NCBI GenBank assembly: GCA_964035545.1
Contig: OZ037767.1
Span: forward strand, 3,049,680-3,113,679
Source of the DNA: Bugula neritina
Taxonomy: Eukaryota > Animalia > Bryozoa
Reading direction: 5' to 3'
DNA: 64,000 nt
Positions 1 to 10,817 of this stretch are shown here, one piece after another. The position numbers and the translations under genes were made by a program. Numbering within the stretch: the first letter of the stretch is position 1; each line of letters opens with the position of its first letter. Under the pieces are notes generated by a model. It was given only the letters and a program-made list of their open reading frames with translations. It had not been told where the DNA came from and searched no databases.

Positions 1-457
1 TATTTATTAAGCTTTTTCAAATTTTATATCAAAGTGTCTAATCCTATTGATGAATGCTCTGCAGTCACGTTTTATAGACACCTGCGCCTGCTTGTGATAA
101 TAAACTTTGTTTAATGTATTTAGGAAGGAGTTAGCTTCTCCTTACTTTGACATTTGTAAAACACTAGTAATATTTGTGAGTTGAAAACAGAATTAGACTG
201 AAAGTAGAATGAGTTCAATTAGGAGTCGTCAACTCTTGAAATACTGTGCATGCAAAGCATAACTTTTAAAAGAGCATAAACCAAGACAATAGAGAACAAT
301 TCCATAAAAATGCACACCGATGTAGATTCACAGCATCTCCTTATAATAGAATATGTTTGAATCTATACTTATAAATCTTACCTTAAATAACAATAATGGT
401 GGACATATGGATTTTATCTCATCACAAATAACTTAGTAACTTAAAACTAAAACCCAC

Positions 458-1070
458 CTTAGAATGAGGTTCAAATCTTTCACTTCTTAAAAGAATCTCT
501 TTCCCTCCATCTTTCTCATACTTTCTAAAGTATGTGATATCAGCACCAGTTCTTCTGAAGACATCGGTGTACTTTGACATCTCTGTTGATTGTGGGGATA
601 TATTGCCGCTATACTCATAGTCTAAATAACACACAGCACGCAAGAAAATAATTATTAATTACCTATTATAAATATACAAAACAAAAGAAATTACTACATT
701 GCTATAAAGAAATACAGTTGTAAACCATGTCATTGAGCTACACTGACCGATTTAACAACCCATATAGTAATGTCAATACATAAGGACTTTGTGGGTGAAC
801 TAAAGTTGAAGGATTCTTAGTTTTATTTTCATGTACAACTACTTTAAAGGTCTATTTCCCACTCAAGTTCTTTCACAAATCTCTGACTGATCAGTTATAG
901 CTCTATGTAGTTATTACATAGTAGATGCTTTTAGCTTGTGGGTCAAGGCCAAGAGCTGATCAAATTTTTTATCATTAGATTATTTTGCAGTTTCGAAGTA
1001 AATTTTTGAAATTAATGAAATCCATTTTGATGTTCACAGAACAAAGTAAATTTGATGACAATCATAGGAT

Positions 1071-1105
<35 letters not shown>

Positions 1106-1114
1106 CACACATAT

Positions 1115-1174
<60 letters not shown>

Positions 1175-1824
1175 TCTCATATATGCACGTGTATATGGTA
1201 GCATCCCCTATAGGTACTATATGACAATATAGATAACTTAGGGTGTAATACCTATATTATAAACTTATAGTGCATATAATTTATTTCAGAGAAAGCAACA
1301 TATTACGATCAGTGTAATATAGTATGATCTCTCAGGTATATGAAATTAGTAGAACAGCATGTAATTTGTTAGAGATTGTATTTTACAGGGCCTAATTTGT
1401 ACATTAAGACTTTCGATCTTAATCTAATGATTGAAAGAGTTTGTTAGTTAGGTAAATACACTATGAATTATGTCAGTACTTAGAGCACAAGCCTGTTATG
1501 TCACAAAATATGTACAACCCAAACAGGTAATTACAGCATAAGAAGTTTTCTGCTCCTGTCCCAATACATTAATATATATAAGAATAATTTCGGTCAATTG
1601 AAACTAGCATGTGATGTGATGGGAAGGGGGGGGGGAGTTATGCCTACCTGGGCTATTACAATGGATCTGTGGTAAGACGGTGTATCTCTGACCTATTGGA
1701 GTTATCATATCTACTGCACCGTCAGATAACGAAGTGTCATACAGCTCGTGGATTCTCTGAGAGTACTTCCTGTTATCTTGGTAGAGACGTCGTCGTAGAG
1801 ATTCACAATTGTGTACCGTAAACC
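458..1824 (-). CDS. Two internal exons (1824-1648 and 621-458) of an unidentified spliced gene; both ends of the gene are undefined
   Basis: ttgcag|GGTTTACG...AGCCCAG|gtaggc (177 nt, exits in phase 1) joins in frame to atttag|ACTATGAG...TCTAAG|gtgggt. The product reads GFTVHNCESLRRRLYQDNRKYSQRIHELYDTSLSDGAVDMITPIGQRYTVLPQIHCNSP-DYEYSGNISPQSTEMSKYTDVFRRTG... Further minus-strand donor-like sites lie at about 9102 and 10268. No family recognised. Confidence 0.5.
1070..1172. repeat. (CA)n followed by (TA)n microsatellite
   Basis: Directly visible dinucleotide runs in an intron. Confidence 0.95.
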
Positions 1825-1870
1825 CTGCAACAGATATTACCAACAGTTAATTGATTATTACTTGATAAAT

Positions 1871-2319
1871 TATCGGTTTGTGTTTGTGTCTGGTTGCAAG
1901 ATATGCTTTAACTACTAGCCAACTTGGCAACAGGTTTTCGAGTTTATTAACTGTCAAATCGTACCCTATAAAATGGGAAACATTAGAAATTGTATAAATA
2001 AGTAGTCACAATATAAATCAAAATTCAGAGGAACACTATGAATATTACAGAACCAAAAAATTGACATGAACTATTGTAATTCTAATAAACTTACAATATT
2101 GATGCGTGGATAAAAATCTTAGCCATCACAATACCGAAACCGATAGTTTGTCCATACAAAGTGTGTAAATATGGCGGTTTGATCATGATACACTGACTCA
2201 TGCAGTACAGTGAATGAACTAGCTCTGCCAGCTAATAGTAGCTTTGGTGAAAGCTTTTGAAGCTTGAAAGCTTTAATGATTGGCTGCCTGCCAATACTTC
2301 TGGGTGGCATACCAATACA
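1871..2319 (-). repeat. 3' LTR of the BEL/Pao element (terminal CA missing)
   Basis: Identical to 7181-7629. Positions 1869-1870 read 'at' where the other LTR has 'tg'. Confidence 0.92.
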
Positions 2320-2611
2320 TCGGTGGGGTCGAATTGTTTGGCAGATACTATTCTGACAAATATTGATAAATTATGTAAATCAAAACAAACAAAACAAAAT
2401 AGGATCAGTCACAGACCATGAAATTCTTGCACCAATCCGCTGACCCCTCCGCGCACCAGCCCGTCCCCCGAAAAACGGTTGAACGCAAACCCCTCCAGCG
2501 ACACGAGCGTACACGCGGCCAAGAAGGTAGATCAGTCATTTATGGGTTCACTTCAGTTAATAAAGCCAACCTATGCACGCTGCGGGTTATGATAGTGTCT
2601 TTACAGCCTAC

Positions 2612-5600
2612 CTAGTCCCTCAGTTTCCCTGCTACCTTATAGTTTTTGTAGGAAAGGGCTACTTTCCTTACTACGCCATCCTTGCTCGGATATACTTGAT
2701 GTACTCGAGCTAGTTTATACTGATTACGCAGCTGACTTGGATCCATAACAACTACAACATCTCCCACCTGAAAGTTCCGTCTTGGGGTATGCCACTTTTG
2801 GTGATGAATCAGTGTGGGTGCATACAATTCGGTCCACTTCCGCCAGAAGTCATCTGAGACCGTATTTACCAGAGCCAGTCGCCCGCCACGAATGTTGACA
2901 AATCGAGTTAATGCCAACAGGAAAGAATCACTGTCATATCCGAAAACTGCTTCGATGTGTGCTGCTCGTAAACTGATGTCTGTGAACATTCCTCCATAAG
3001 CTTTGCTCGAAGTTCTAGTCTGTTTTTCTCCTCTCACAATATTTGGACCAAAAAGATCTATCATTACATTGTTGAACGGCGGTCCGGTCGTTAGTCGTTC
3101 TGTAGGTAGACTTCCCATCAGTTGATCAGTAAAGCGAGGTTGTTTGAGTCGACACATTTGGCATGATGTTACTATGCCCCTAGCAACCTTAGATCCCTGC
3201 ATAGTCCAAAACTCTTCTCGGAATCTTGCGAGTGTTGCATCTCGGCCATGGTGATAGCTGTCTGTATGTGCCTGCCGCATTGCCAAGTAGGTAAAGTAGT
3301 GAGTGGTGGGAAGGATTGATTGCGTGTGCGTTTTAATCGCTGTCATGGGGTTATGCCTTAGGAGTCTACTGCCTACTATCCATAATCCACTCTCTGTCTT
3401 GATGGGGTGAAGTTTTATATATTTCCCTTTAATCTTGTTCAACTCGGAATCTATAGTATGTTGTACCTGCTTCAGTAAGTAGAGTTTGGTCTGCCGTAGA
3501 TCTTCCACGGTGATGAGATCAGATCGGATTCCCTTAAAACTTTTGTACTTGAAGATGTTGCGAACTCGAGCTATTGTCCATGTTAGACTCTTGAGACTGC
3601 TGAAATTTTCATATTTAATAAATGATTGGACTTCTGTTGATGCAGTGACGGTGTAAACTATTTTCTTCTCTCCAAAGACAAGCTCATTCGAGTCAGATGG
3701 CGATTTTATATCCCATTGATCCTCAGGCAGATAGAGAAAATTTGGGCCTCTCCACCATTCACTCGAAGGTCCAATGTCATTGACAGGCTTCCCTCGTGTA
3801 AGCCAATCTGCTGTGTTTTCCTTGCCACTTACCCAGTGCCAGCAGCTCATATCCCCATTGGTTGCTCCCTGAATTTCTCCAATGCGTACACCCTCGTAAA
3901 CATGAAACTTTGTTGACTTCTTTTGGAGCATCTTGAGCACCGTTTTAGAATCGATAAGCTGATAAACTTTCTCAAACTCATAGCGCATTTCAGTCTTAAT
4001 AACTTGTCTGCCTCTCTTTGACCATACGGTCGCATTGAGTTTTAGTTGAGGAATCTTGAGTTGTTGTTTTATGGGTGCTATACGACATTTAGCCGTAGCT
4101 TTGTTTACCCCTTTAGCAGTCACTTTAGATTCTGCCCTCTCATTGGTCGGAACAGGCGTGGATTGTGTGATAGAGGTACTGCTAGTAAATTCATACTTTC
4201 TTTTAATCTCTATAGACATGGACATAGAGTCATTGACTTCCAAAGATCTGTTCAACTGTCTAGAACCGATTTGTTCTGCAGACTCAGTGACTGGGTCTCC
4301 CGGGCTCTGTAACGGATCCGAGTCATTGACTGACTCAATCATACAACATTCAGTGGCGATAGTATGTGATTCACCACAATCTATAATATGCTGAGATCTT
4401 GAAAATGACTTTGGAAACTGACTGGGAGATGCGTCGGGACTATTGACACTGCAGGCCGGCGTAGAAACTGTAGACAAGTCCAAATCACAACTGCTGAGCC
4501 TGTCGTTGTGAATGCTTTGAGCAAATTCGACTTCCTCTAACTTCTTATGCATCATGGTAGCCTGTACATGGAAAGATGAAGATGGAAGTGTAGAAAAGTT
4601 GCTAAGGGCCGGGTGTGATCCCTGCACACACAGTCCAAAGGGTCCGGAATATACATAGAGGTGAGGTCCTGCTTGATCTACTTGGTGTTTTGGATGCAAT
4701 CCAAGAAGATCGTTACCAATTAGCAGGTCGATGGGTCCCGTCTTCTTCAATAGCTTGTGAGTATCTACTTTAGGGAAGAGAGATCCGAGGATGTTTGCAT
4801 CAAGTGGCCTGTTGATAGCTCCTGTGAGTTTCCGAAGGCTGTAAGCTAAAATTGCAAAGGTCTTTCCCTTTGGGGTTTGTAACTTTACTTCATAAATAGT
4901 AGAAGTTTCGCTAACTTCATGTTCACCAAGTGTGTTCATTTCCAAATTCACCTTATCTATCTGTCGCGCACCCCACGCTTTAGCAGCTCTCTCCGATATG
5001 AATGAAGCATTGGATCCGCCGTCAAAGAATATAATAGCTGTATGAGATGTACCCACTACTTGGGCCTGCTGAATGGCAAATACTGTAGCATTTCCTGGAT
5101 GATTGTGCGCTCCATGATTGGGAGACACTTGGACCGTGGTGCCAACAGCGGACGCTTCAGAATTCTCGTTACTCTTGTGCTTAATTTGATTAGTTTTTAC
5201 TTTATTCTTGTTGGTATTACAATTGGTATGTGTATTAGTTTCAGCTGATTTGATACACAATAATACATGGTGGGTTGTTTTATCACAGACTGAACAAGGG
5301 GTTCGGAAATTTGGACAGCGCTTAGGCTCATGGGCACCCAAGCACCTAACACATAGAGAATTAGTTTTTATTAACTTGTATCTTTCATCTACAGATAACG
5401 CCAAGAAATTTCTGCACTCAACAAGACAATGACGCTCACTGCGATGAATAAAACAGTAATTCTCACTATCAATGGTTTTGTTATTATTAGTAGACCTGTT
5501 ACTACTAGACTTTGGGCCACTGCTTTCAGTGTGGAACGCTTTCACCTTCTGTTTACGCATACTGGAGGACTGCGGGTTTAGAGTTTCTATGCGTCTGAGG

Positions 5601-7156
5601 GCTATCTGCCGTTCCTGCTCTAGAAACCTCATGAGGTGTGGGAATGGCTTGATTCTCTCCTCGTGAGTAAGTGAGTGAAAGTGTCTATCCCAGTCCCGTC
5701 TAATGCTTGTAGGTAATAGGTCTGCAAGAGTATCGACTTGTGGCAGCGTAACAGTTTGCAAAAGTCCCACTTCACCGAGTTGGCTGTACGAACTTTCCAC
5801 CGCATTGGCCATTTTGACGAGTTCTCGTGCATTTCCTTCCCTTACTGGCTTTAGTTCTTGTAGATTGTTGAAGACTGCTTGCACACTCATGCTAGGATCA
5901 TTGTAGACCTCTTCTAATCTACACATCATTCTCTCGTAAGCTTGAGGCTGAGTTGCGAAGATTGGCTGAACCATCTCCAGAGCTTCGCCTGTGAGAAATT
6001 TTTTTAATTCACAAGCCCTATCAACATCATCGTAAAACATAGTGGCATATCTTAGCCATACTGACCTAAATTCCGGCCAATGGTATCTAGTGCCGTTAAA
6101 TGGCTTGGGTTGTGAATGAGTTTTATGTATAGATGAATTGAAGTTATTTCCACCTGTATGTCTAGAGTCATAACTTATCTGACTAGTTCCATTAGGGTAG
6201 CTATCATATGCATTGACAACCGAGGAAGTTGCGCCGCGAATTAAAGATTCAGAATGAGCTGCACGATCAGAACTACCATGTAGATCACGTACTGAAAATG
6301 TAGAAGAACGAACATCTCTGACATTGGTACTTGCTATGACACCTGGATTTGACGCCAAAGCTTCACCGGATGTGTGATCTTCCCGTAGTACTTGCCTATC
6401 ACTACCGCTTGCTGTGACACCTGGATTTGGTGCAAGAGTAGCCTCATGTGTGCTAGGGTGTGATCTAGAAGGAAACAACCGACTCGACGCGACCATAGTC
6501 GGTGCATGACTCGCGCCGTCTGAAGGTGACCCCCCACTCATACCGCTCTCCGCAAGACCGAACCGGACCACAGACGGATCAGATTCACGGTGTTCGAAAT
6601 TCATGCTCTGTGACTGAGCCCTTGACATAAGAGTAAACTTAGACATACAATAATCTAAAGATAAAATAACTTCATCTAGTTCTAATAATAAATCAGAAAA
6701 ACCTATGGTATCTGCCAAACTTTCTGAAAGAGCTACACATTTCCTATGATGTTCAGTGATAAGAGTATTGTCAGTACAATCAGCAACTAATCCATTGGCT
6801 TTCTTAATTGCTAAAATAAGGCTGTGCTTGATTTTATAGAATTTGCTATGCCAAGTATTACAGTCAGAAATAGCTTTGTCATAACTAGCCTTTACAGCTT
6901 GATAGTACTCTACTGGACTCATCTTATTAACATAAGCAATGTCTTCCATAGATTCATCTGATGAAACGTATTCCAAAAAGTCATAATGGATAGTTAGAAA
7001 CTCTTGATATGTAGATTCAAGCTGAGATCGCAGGCATTCCACTTGTGTAGAGTTGCTACTAGAGATTGCTGATTCTATGAGATTAGTTAGCATTGTTACC
7101 TTAGACCTCAGAGTAGTACGTTGCTTCTTGAGATTAACTATGTCCTGTCGGTCCAT
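2612..7156 (-). CDS. BEL/Pao Gag-protease-(no RT)-partial RNase H-partial integrase polyprotein, 1514 aa; homology continues past a premature TAG to a TAA at 2540-2542
   Basis: Gag-like KPFNGTRYHWPEF; three Cys/His knuckles (CFIHRSERHCLVEC, CVRCLGAHEPKRC, CSVCDKTTHHVLLC); aspartic protease FFDGGSNASFIS; Pao RNase H motifs AKCRIAP..IPQLKL, IDSKTVL, WHWVSGKENTADWLTRG; integrase HHCC (HTDSYHHG...CQMC), DLFGP and C-terminal FWRKW...KWH...VGDVV. No RT YxDD motif. Confidence 0.92.
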   Translation of the reverse strand: MDRQDIVNLKKQRTTLRSKVTMLTNLIESAISSSNSTQVECLRSQLESTYQEFLTIHYDFLEYVSSDESMEDIAYVNKMSPVEYYQAVKASYDKAISDCNTWHSKFYKIKHSLILAIKKANGLVADCTDNTLITEHHRKCVALSESLADTIGFSDLLLELDEVILSLDYCMSKFTLMSRAQSQSMNFEHRESDPSVVRFGLAESGMSGGSPSDGASHAPTMVASSRLFPSRSHPSTHEATLAPNPGVTASGSDRQVLREDHTSGEALASNPGVIASTNVRDVRSSTFSVRDLHGSSDRAAHSESLIRGATSSVVNAYDSYPNGTSQISYDSRHTGGNNFNSSIHKTHSQPKPFNGTRYHWPEFRSVWLRYATMFYDDVDRACELKKFLTGEALEMVQPIFATQPQAYERMMCRLEEVYNDPSMSVQAVFNNLQELKPVREGNARELVKMANAVESSYSQLGEVGLLQTVTLPQVDTLADLLPTSIRRDWDRHFHSLTHEERIKPFPHLMRFLEQERQIALRRIETLNPQSSSMRKQKVKAFHTESSGPKSSSNRSTNNNKTIDSENYCFIHRSERHCLVECRNFLALSVDERYKLIKTNSLCVRCLGAHEPKRCPNFRTPCSVCDKTTHHVLLCIKSAETNTHTNCNTNKNKVKTNQIKHKSNENSEASAVGTTVQVSPNHGAHNHPGNATVFAIQQAQVVGTSHTAIIFFDGGSNASFISERAAKAWGARQIDKVNLEMNTLGEHEVSETSTIYEVKLQTPKGKTFAILAYSLRKLTGAINRPLDANILGSLFPKVDTHKLLKKTGPIDLLIGNDLLGLHPKHQVDQAGPHLYVYSGPFGLCVQGSHPALSNFSTLPSSSFHVQATMMHKKLEEVEFAQSIHNDRLSSCDLDLSTVSTPACSVNSPDASPSQFPKSFSRSQHIIDCGESHTIATECCMIESVNDSDPLQSPGDPVTESAEQIGSRQLNRSLEVNDSMSMSIEIKRKYEFTSSTSITQSTPVPTNERAESKVTAKGVNKATAKCRIAPIKQQLKIPQLKLNATVWSKRGRQVIKTEMRYEFEKVYQLIDSKTVLKMLQKKSTKFHVYEGVRIGEIQGATNGDMSCWHWVSGKENTADWLTRGKPVNDIGPSSEWWRGPNFLYLPEDQWDIKSPSDSNELVFGEKKIVYTVTASTEVQSFIKYENFSSLKSLTWTIARVRNIFKYKSFKGIRSDLITVEDLRQTKLYLLKQVQHTIDSELNKIKGKYIKLHPIKTESGLWIVGSRLLRHNPMTAIKTHTQSILPTTHYFTYLAMRQAHTDSYHHGRDATLARFREEFWTMQGSKVARGIVTSCQMCRLKQPRFTDQLMGSLPTERLTTGPPFNNVMIDLFGPNIVRGEKQTRTSSKAYGGMFTDISLRAAHIEAVFGYDSDSFLLALTRFVNIRGGRLALVNTVSDDFWRKWTELYAPTLIHHQKWHTPRRNFQVGDVVVVMDPSQLRNQYKLARVHQVYPSKDGVVRKVALSYKNYKVAGKLRD

Positions 7157-7178
7157 GTCGCCTCAGCAATATTGGTAC

Positions 7179-7629
7179 TGTATCGGTTTGTGTTTGTGTC
7201 TGGTTGCAAGATATGCTTTAACTACTAGCCAACTTGGCAACAGGTTTTCGAGTTTATTAACTGTCAAATCGTACCCTATAAAATGGGAAACATTAGAAAT
7301 TGTATAAATAAGTAGTCACAATATAAATCAAAATTCAGAGGAACACTATGAATATTACAGAACCAAAAAATTGACATGAACTATTGTAATTCTAATAAAC
7401 TTACAATATTGATGCGTGGATAAAAATCTTAGCCATCACAATACCGAAACCGATAGTTTGTCCATACAAAGTGTGTAAATATGGCGGTTTGATCATGATA
7501 CACTGACTCATGCAGTACAGTGAATGAACTAGCTCTGCCAGCTAATAGTAGCTTTGGTGAAAGCTTTTGAAGCTTGAAAGCTTTAATGATTGGCTGCCTG
7601 CCAATACTTCTGGGTGGCATACCAATACA
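7179..7629 (-). repeat. 5' LTR of the BEL/Pao element (451 bp, TG...CA)
   Basis: Reads TGTATTGG...CCGATACA on the minus strand and ends 22 nt upstream of the Gag ATG. Confidence 0.92.
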
Positions 7630-10600
7630 ATTAAGTTATTGATTGATGATTATTATTGATAAATTATTAGCCGATGGAGTTTATTGGCTCATATAACCAG
7701 CTCCAACTCAAAAGATTAATTTCGTTAAATGTGAAATTAAAATCATGTTTTTATTTTACAATTTGCAAACAATATTTATTTAATGAATAATACTATAAAA
7801 TAACATGTAGGCCTATATTTTCATTGAACAAATAATATGAAACAGTAATTAAGCCAACAATATTATCTTGCACTGAGAAAATAAAATATAGATAATATAT
7901 AATATTAACGTATAAATAGCAGGTATTATATGAAAATTGTTAGGAAATTCATGATTGTGGTTTATTATAGTTTTGTTTTACATGAATGCATAATGGCTTT
8001 TATAACTTCTTAAAAGTTAATTAAATTATAACTACTAATCTCAAAAGAGCTAAGTAACAAAAGGAAATAAAAATGCTTTCAAGAGTTTGAATAGAATTTG
8101 CAACAGGATAAGATAAACATTGACGAGGTTATTATTGTTTGGTCAATTGCTTCATCTGTTTTGAAATGTCTACCGCAGTTGCTAGTAAACCTGCCATACA
8201 ATGTTCTACACCATATAAACCTGCTATACATTATACACCTGCTATATGCCCTAAACTATACTATGCACCCTACAACTGTTATACACTGCATAAACCTGTT
8301 ATGCACTGTAAAACTGCTGTACATTGTATTAACTTGCTACAGAGCAATGCAAAAACCATTTTGAAGCAAATATAGCACCTAAAAATTGATTTTCACTTTT
8401 TGTATCTGGAACAAAATGAAGAAATATTATATCATTACTTGACCAGGTAAACACATTACATGAAATGACTTTTATATGACATTGTTTAGAATAGTAGCAG
8501 CCGTGTATTGGTTGTGAACTTATATGATTTCAATAGTAACACAGGAGAGAGGCTGATGAAAGAATACCTATAATCAATAATCATTTGAGCATTTAATGAT
8601 TGAAGTTATATAATAACATTCTTATCTTTTAAGAGCAAATCACTTCACCTCCTTATAATAAAACATATTCTATCAATACATAGTAACACCTTTAGTTAAT
8701 AGCTTTGTAAACATTTACTGCACAGTAAAAGGTTACCAACACTCAAACTGTACCCAAACTGCTCAAATAATAAAAACAGCAAAATGAATAGACATTAAAG
8801 CTGTCTGCTCAGAAATAAAGTTTTGGTTTAACAAAACTAACGCATTTGAATGAAATTTATTAGTTCGGAAATAAATTTAACTAATTCTGTCACACATAAT
8901 TATCCAGCTTATTTTAGTAGTTCGATTTGTTCTGTGGTCAATATTTTTTATCTTCGCCAAAAAGAATTGAAAAAAGCGACAACAGTCATATATTCTTAAG
9001 AAAAATTCAAAATCTCCAGAAATATAATATGTGATGTACACAACAAAAGTTTAAAACTAGACAGTTACTATTTTGTTTGACATGCTGAATGTGTCAACTC
9101 ACCTCCCGTTTTCCATCCGGTTTTTTGAAATTCTTCAAACATTTTTTCTAATCTTTGCTTTCTTTTTCTCCAGTAAGCATCGTTAACTATTTCCATTTTT
9201 CCAAGATTTGCTTTTGGGTAAAAGTTAGCCGGCATCTGTGAGTATATAAGAGTAAGTCAGGCATAAGCGATGTACTAATTTTAATTAAGAGTTCGAGTTT
9301 CCTGTTAGCCCGTTTAATACATACAAGACTGTCACCACTGTTGTTGACAATGATAAGAAAATCAGTTGTGAAATTTATTATCTTGCTGTTATATTTCATG
9401 ATGTCACCTTATTTGATTAATTGCTTAATTAAAATTTGTGCAAATAAATTTTTAACTAGCTTCGTAAACACCCTAAGGCTATTAAATGTCAAAAAACACA
9501 TTTTTTCACTTTACGACACCGATTACTTAAAATCTATTGTCACTGTACATAATCAACTCATTGTTTTCAATTTGCACTTAAAAGCTTTGAAGACAAAATT
9601 ATGAAACAGATAGCAAATTTAAAAGCATAATTTTACCTTGTATGACGGATAGTCGGTTATAAGAGTGCTGACACAGAAACAATGACCTGGCAACTTCAGG
9701 CAGCCAACACTAACATTGATTTACCTAGAGAGTGTCATGTATCAGTTATTACACTTGAGTATAGCTGACTACAGGCAGCAATGAAAGCAGTTTATATTAT
9801 TGATAATTATATCTTTACTGATAAGAACTGCCTACTTCAGATGAAAATATTAAACTAATATTTTATATAATAAAGAAATCATAGATTACTTTTTCCAAGT
9901 ATAATAATGTTTATATACAGACATGAAGTGCATGTAATTCAGCAGTGTGTATTTTGCTGTGTGATTATTTGTTCTGTGTTTTTATCTTTGTGCATTGAAT
10001 ATAACATGGCAGATAAATCAATTTAATTTATCTATAATATAATATAATGCTCAGACATTGTTGTCAGCTGCATGCTAGACATAACAATGCTGCCAGCCTT
10101 GAAAGAGCACCAAATGTGTCAAAATTAGTTCTATTCATTGTTATAGATTACTGGTGTGTGTGACATTGTTACAACTACTACCTGAACTTGCTCTAGTATA
10201 CACATACCAATGGAATACTCTTTTTTTCTAACAGAACTTTCTAGAAAGGTTGTCTTAGTTTTACTTACAGTTAAAGTCGAAGAGATACACACCCTATGAT
10301 CATTTGTAAACTTGCTCCTGCTAAGTTGCTTCAAACTAAACTTAGGTACATTTTACAAAAATATATTATGAAGTTATATATGTAATAGTAAAGCTTTAAA
10401 GCCAAATTATGGATCTTAAGTGTATATTTGACTTTGCTATTGTGGGAACAAAGTTAAGCCAAGTGTCATGTTTGACTACCAAGTAAATATTTTATATTGC
10501 ATACGTGTGACTTGAATAATTATTGTATAGTGATTAGTGGAGAAATGGGATACTAAGTATTGACAGGTGATGGTTGAGACAACATAATTTAATCAGTAAA

Positions 10601-10763
10601 CCACATAAAGCTGAAAACAATATCATTTAGATTATTTATTTAAAAGTTGTTACACAAGACTGAAATATTGACCAGTAGGAAAGAACTAAAGCAGTGAGTT
10701 GACCAAATCTTAGCTGAACAATGCTACACTAGAATGTGCAGTAAGGGAACTGATGTAACAGGT

Positions 10764-10776
10764 GTTACCTAGCAAC
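10764..10776. promoter_or_regulatory. Candidate RFX X-box
   Basis: GTTACCTAGCAAC fits the X-box consensus GTNRCC-N(0-3)-RGYAAC. It is a single motif with no functional evidence. Confidence 0.35.
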
Positions 10777-10817
10777 GGCCAGATAGTAAACTTATAAACT
10801 TTCCATTATATTACATT

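Larger units (their letters stand above)
1871..7629 (-). mobile_element. BEL/Pao-superfamily LTR retrotransposon, internally deleted (non-autonomous)
   Basis: Direct repeats 1871-2319 and 7181-7629 are identical over 449 bp. Minus-strand LTR termini are TGTATTGG...CCGATACA (5' LTR 7629-7179), with AATAAA near the LTR 3' end. The internal ORF carries BEL/Pao Gag, protease, RNase H and integrase motifs. Confidence 0.93.

Noticed and set aside
2119-2310. Identical 63-aa ORFs at 2119-2310 and 7429-7620
   Set aside because: Both lie inside the identical LTRs; there is no evidence they are coding.
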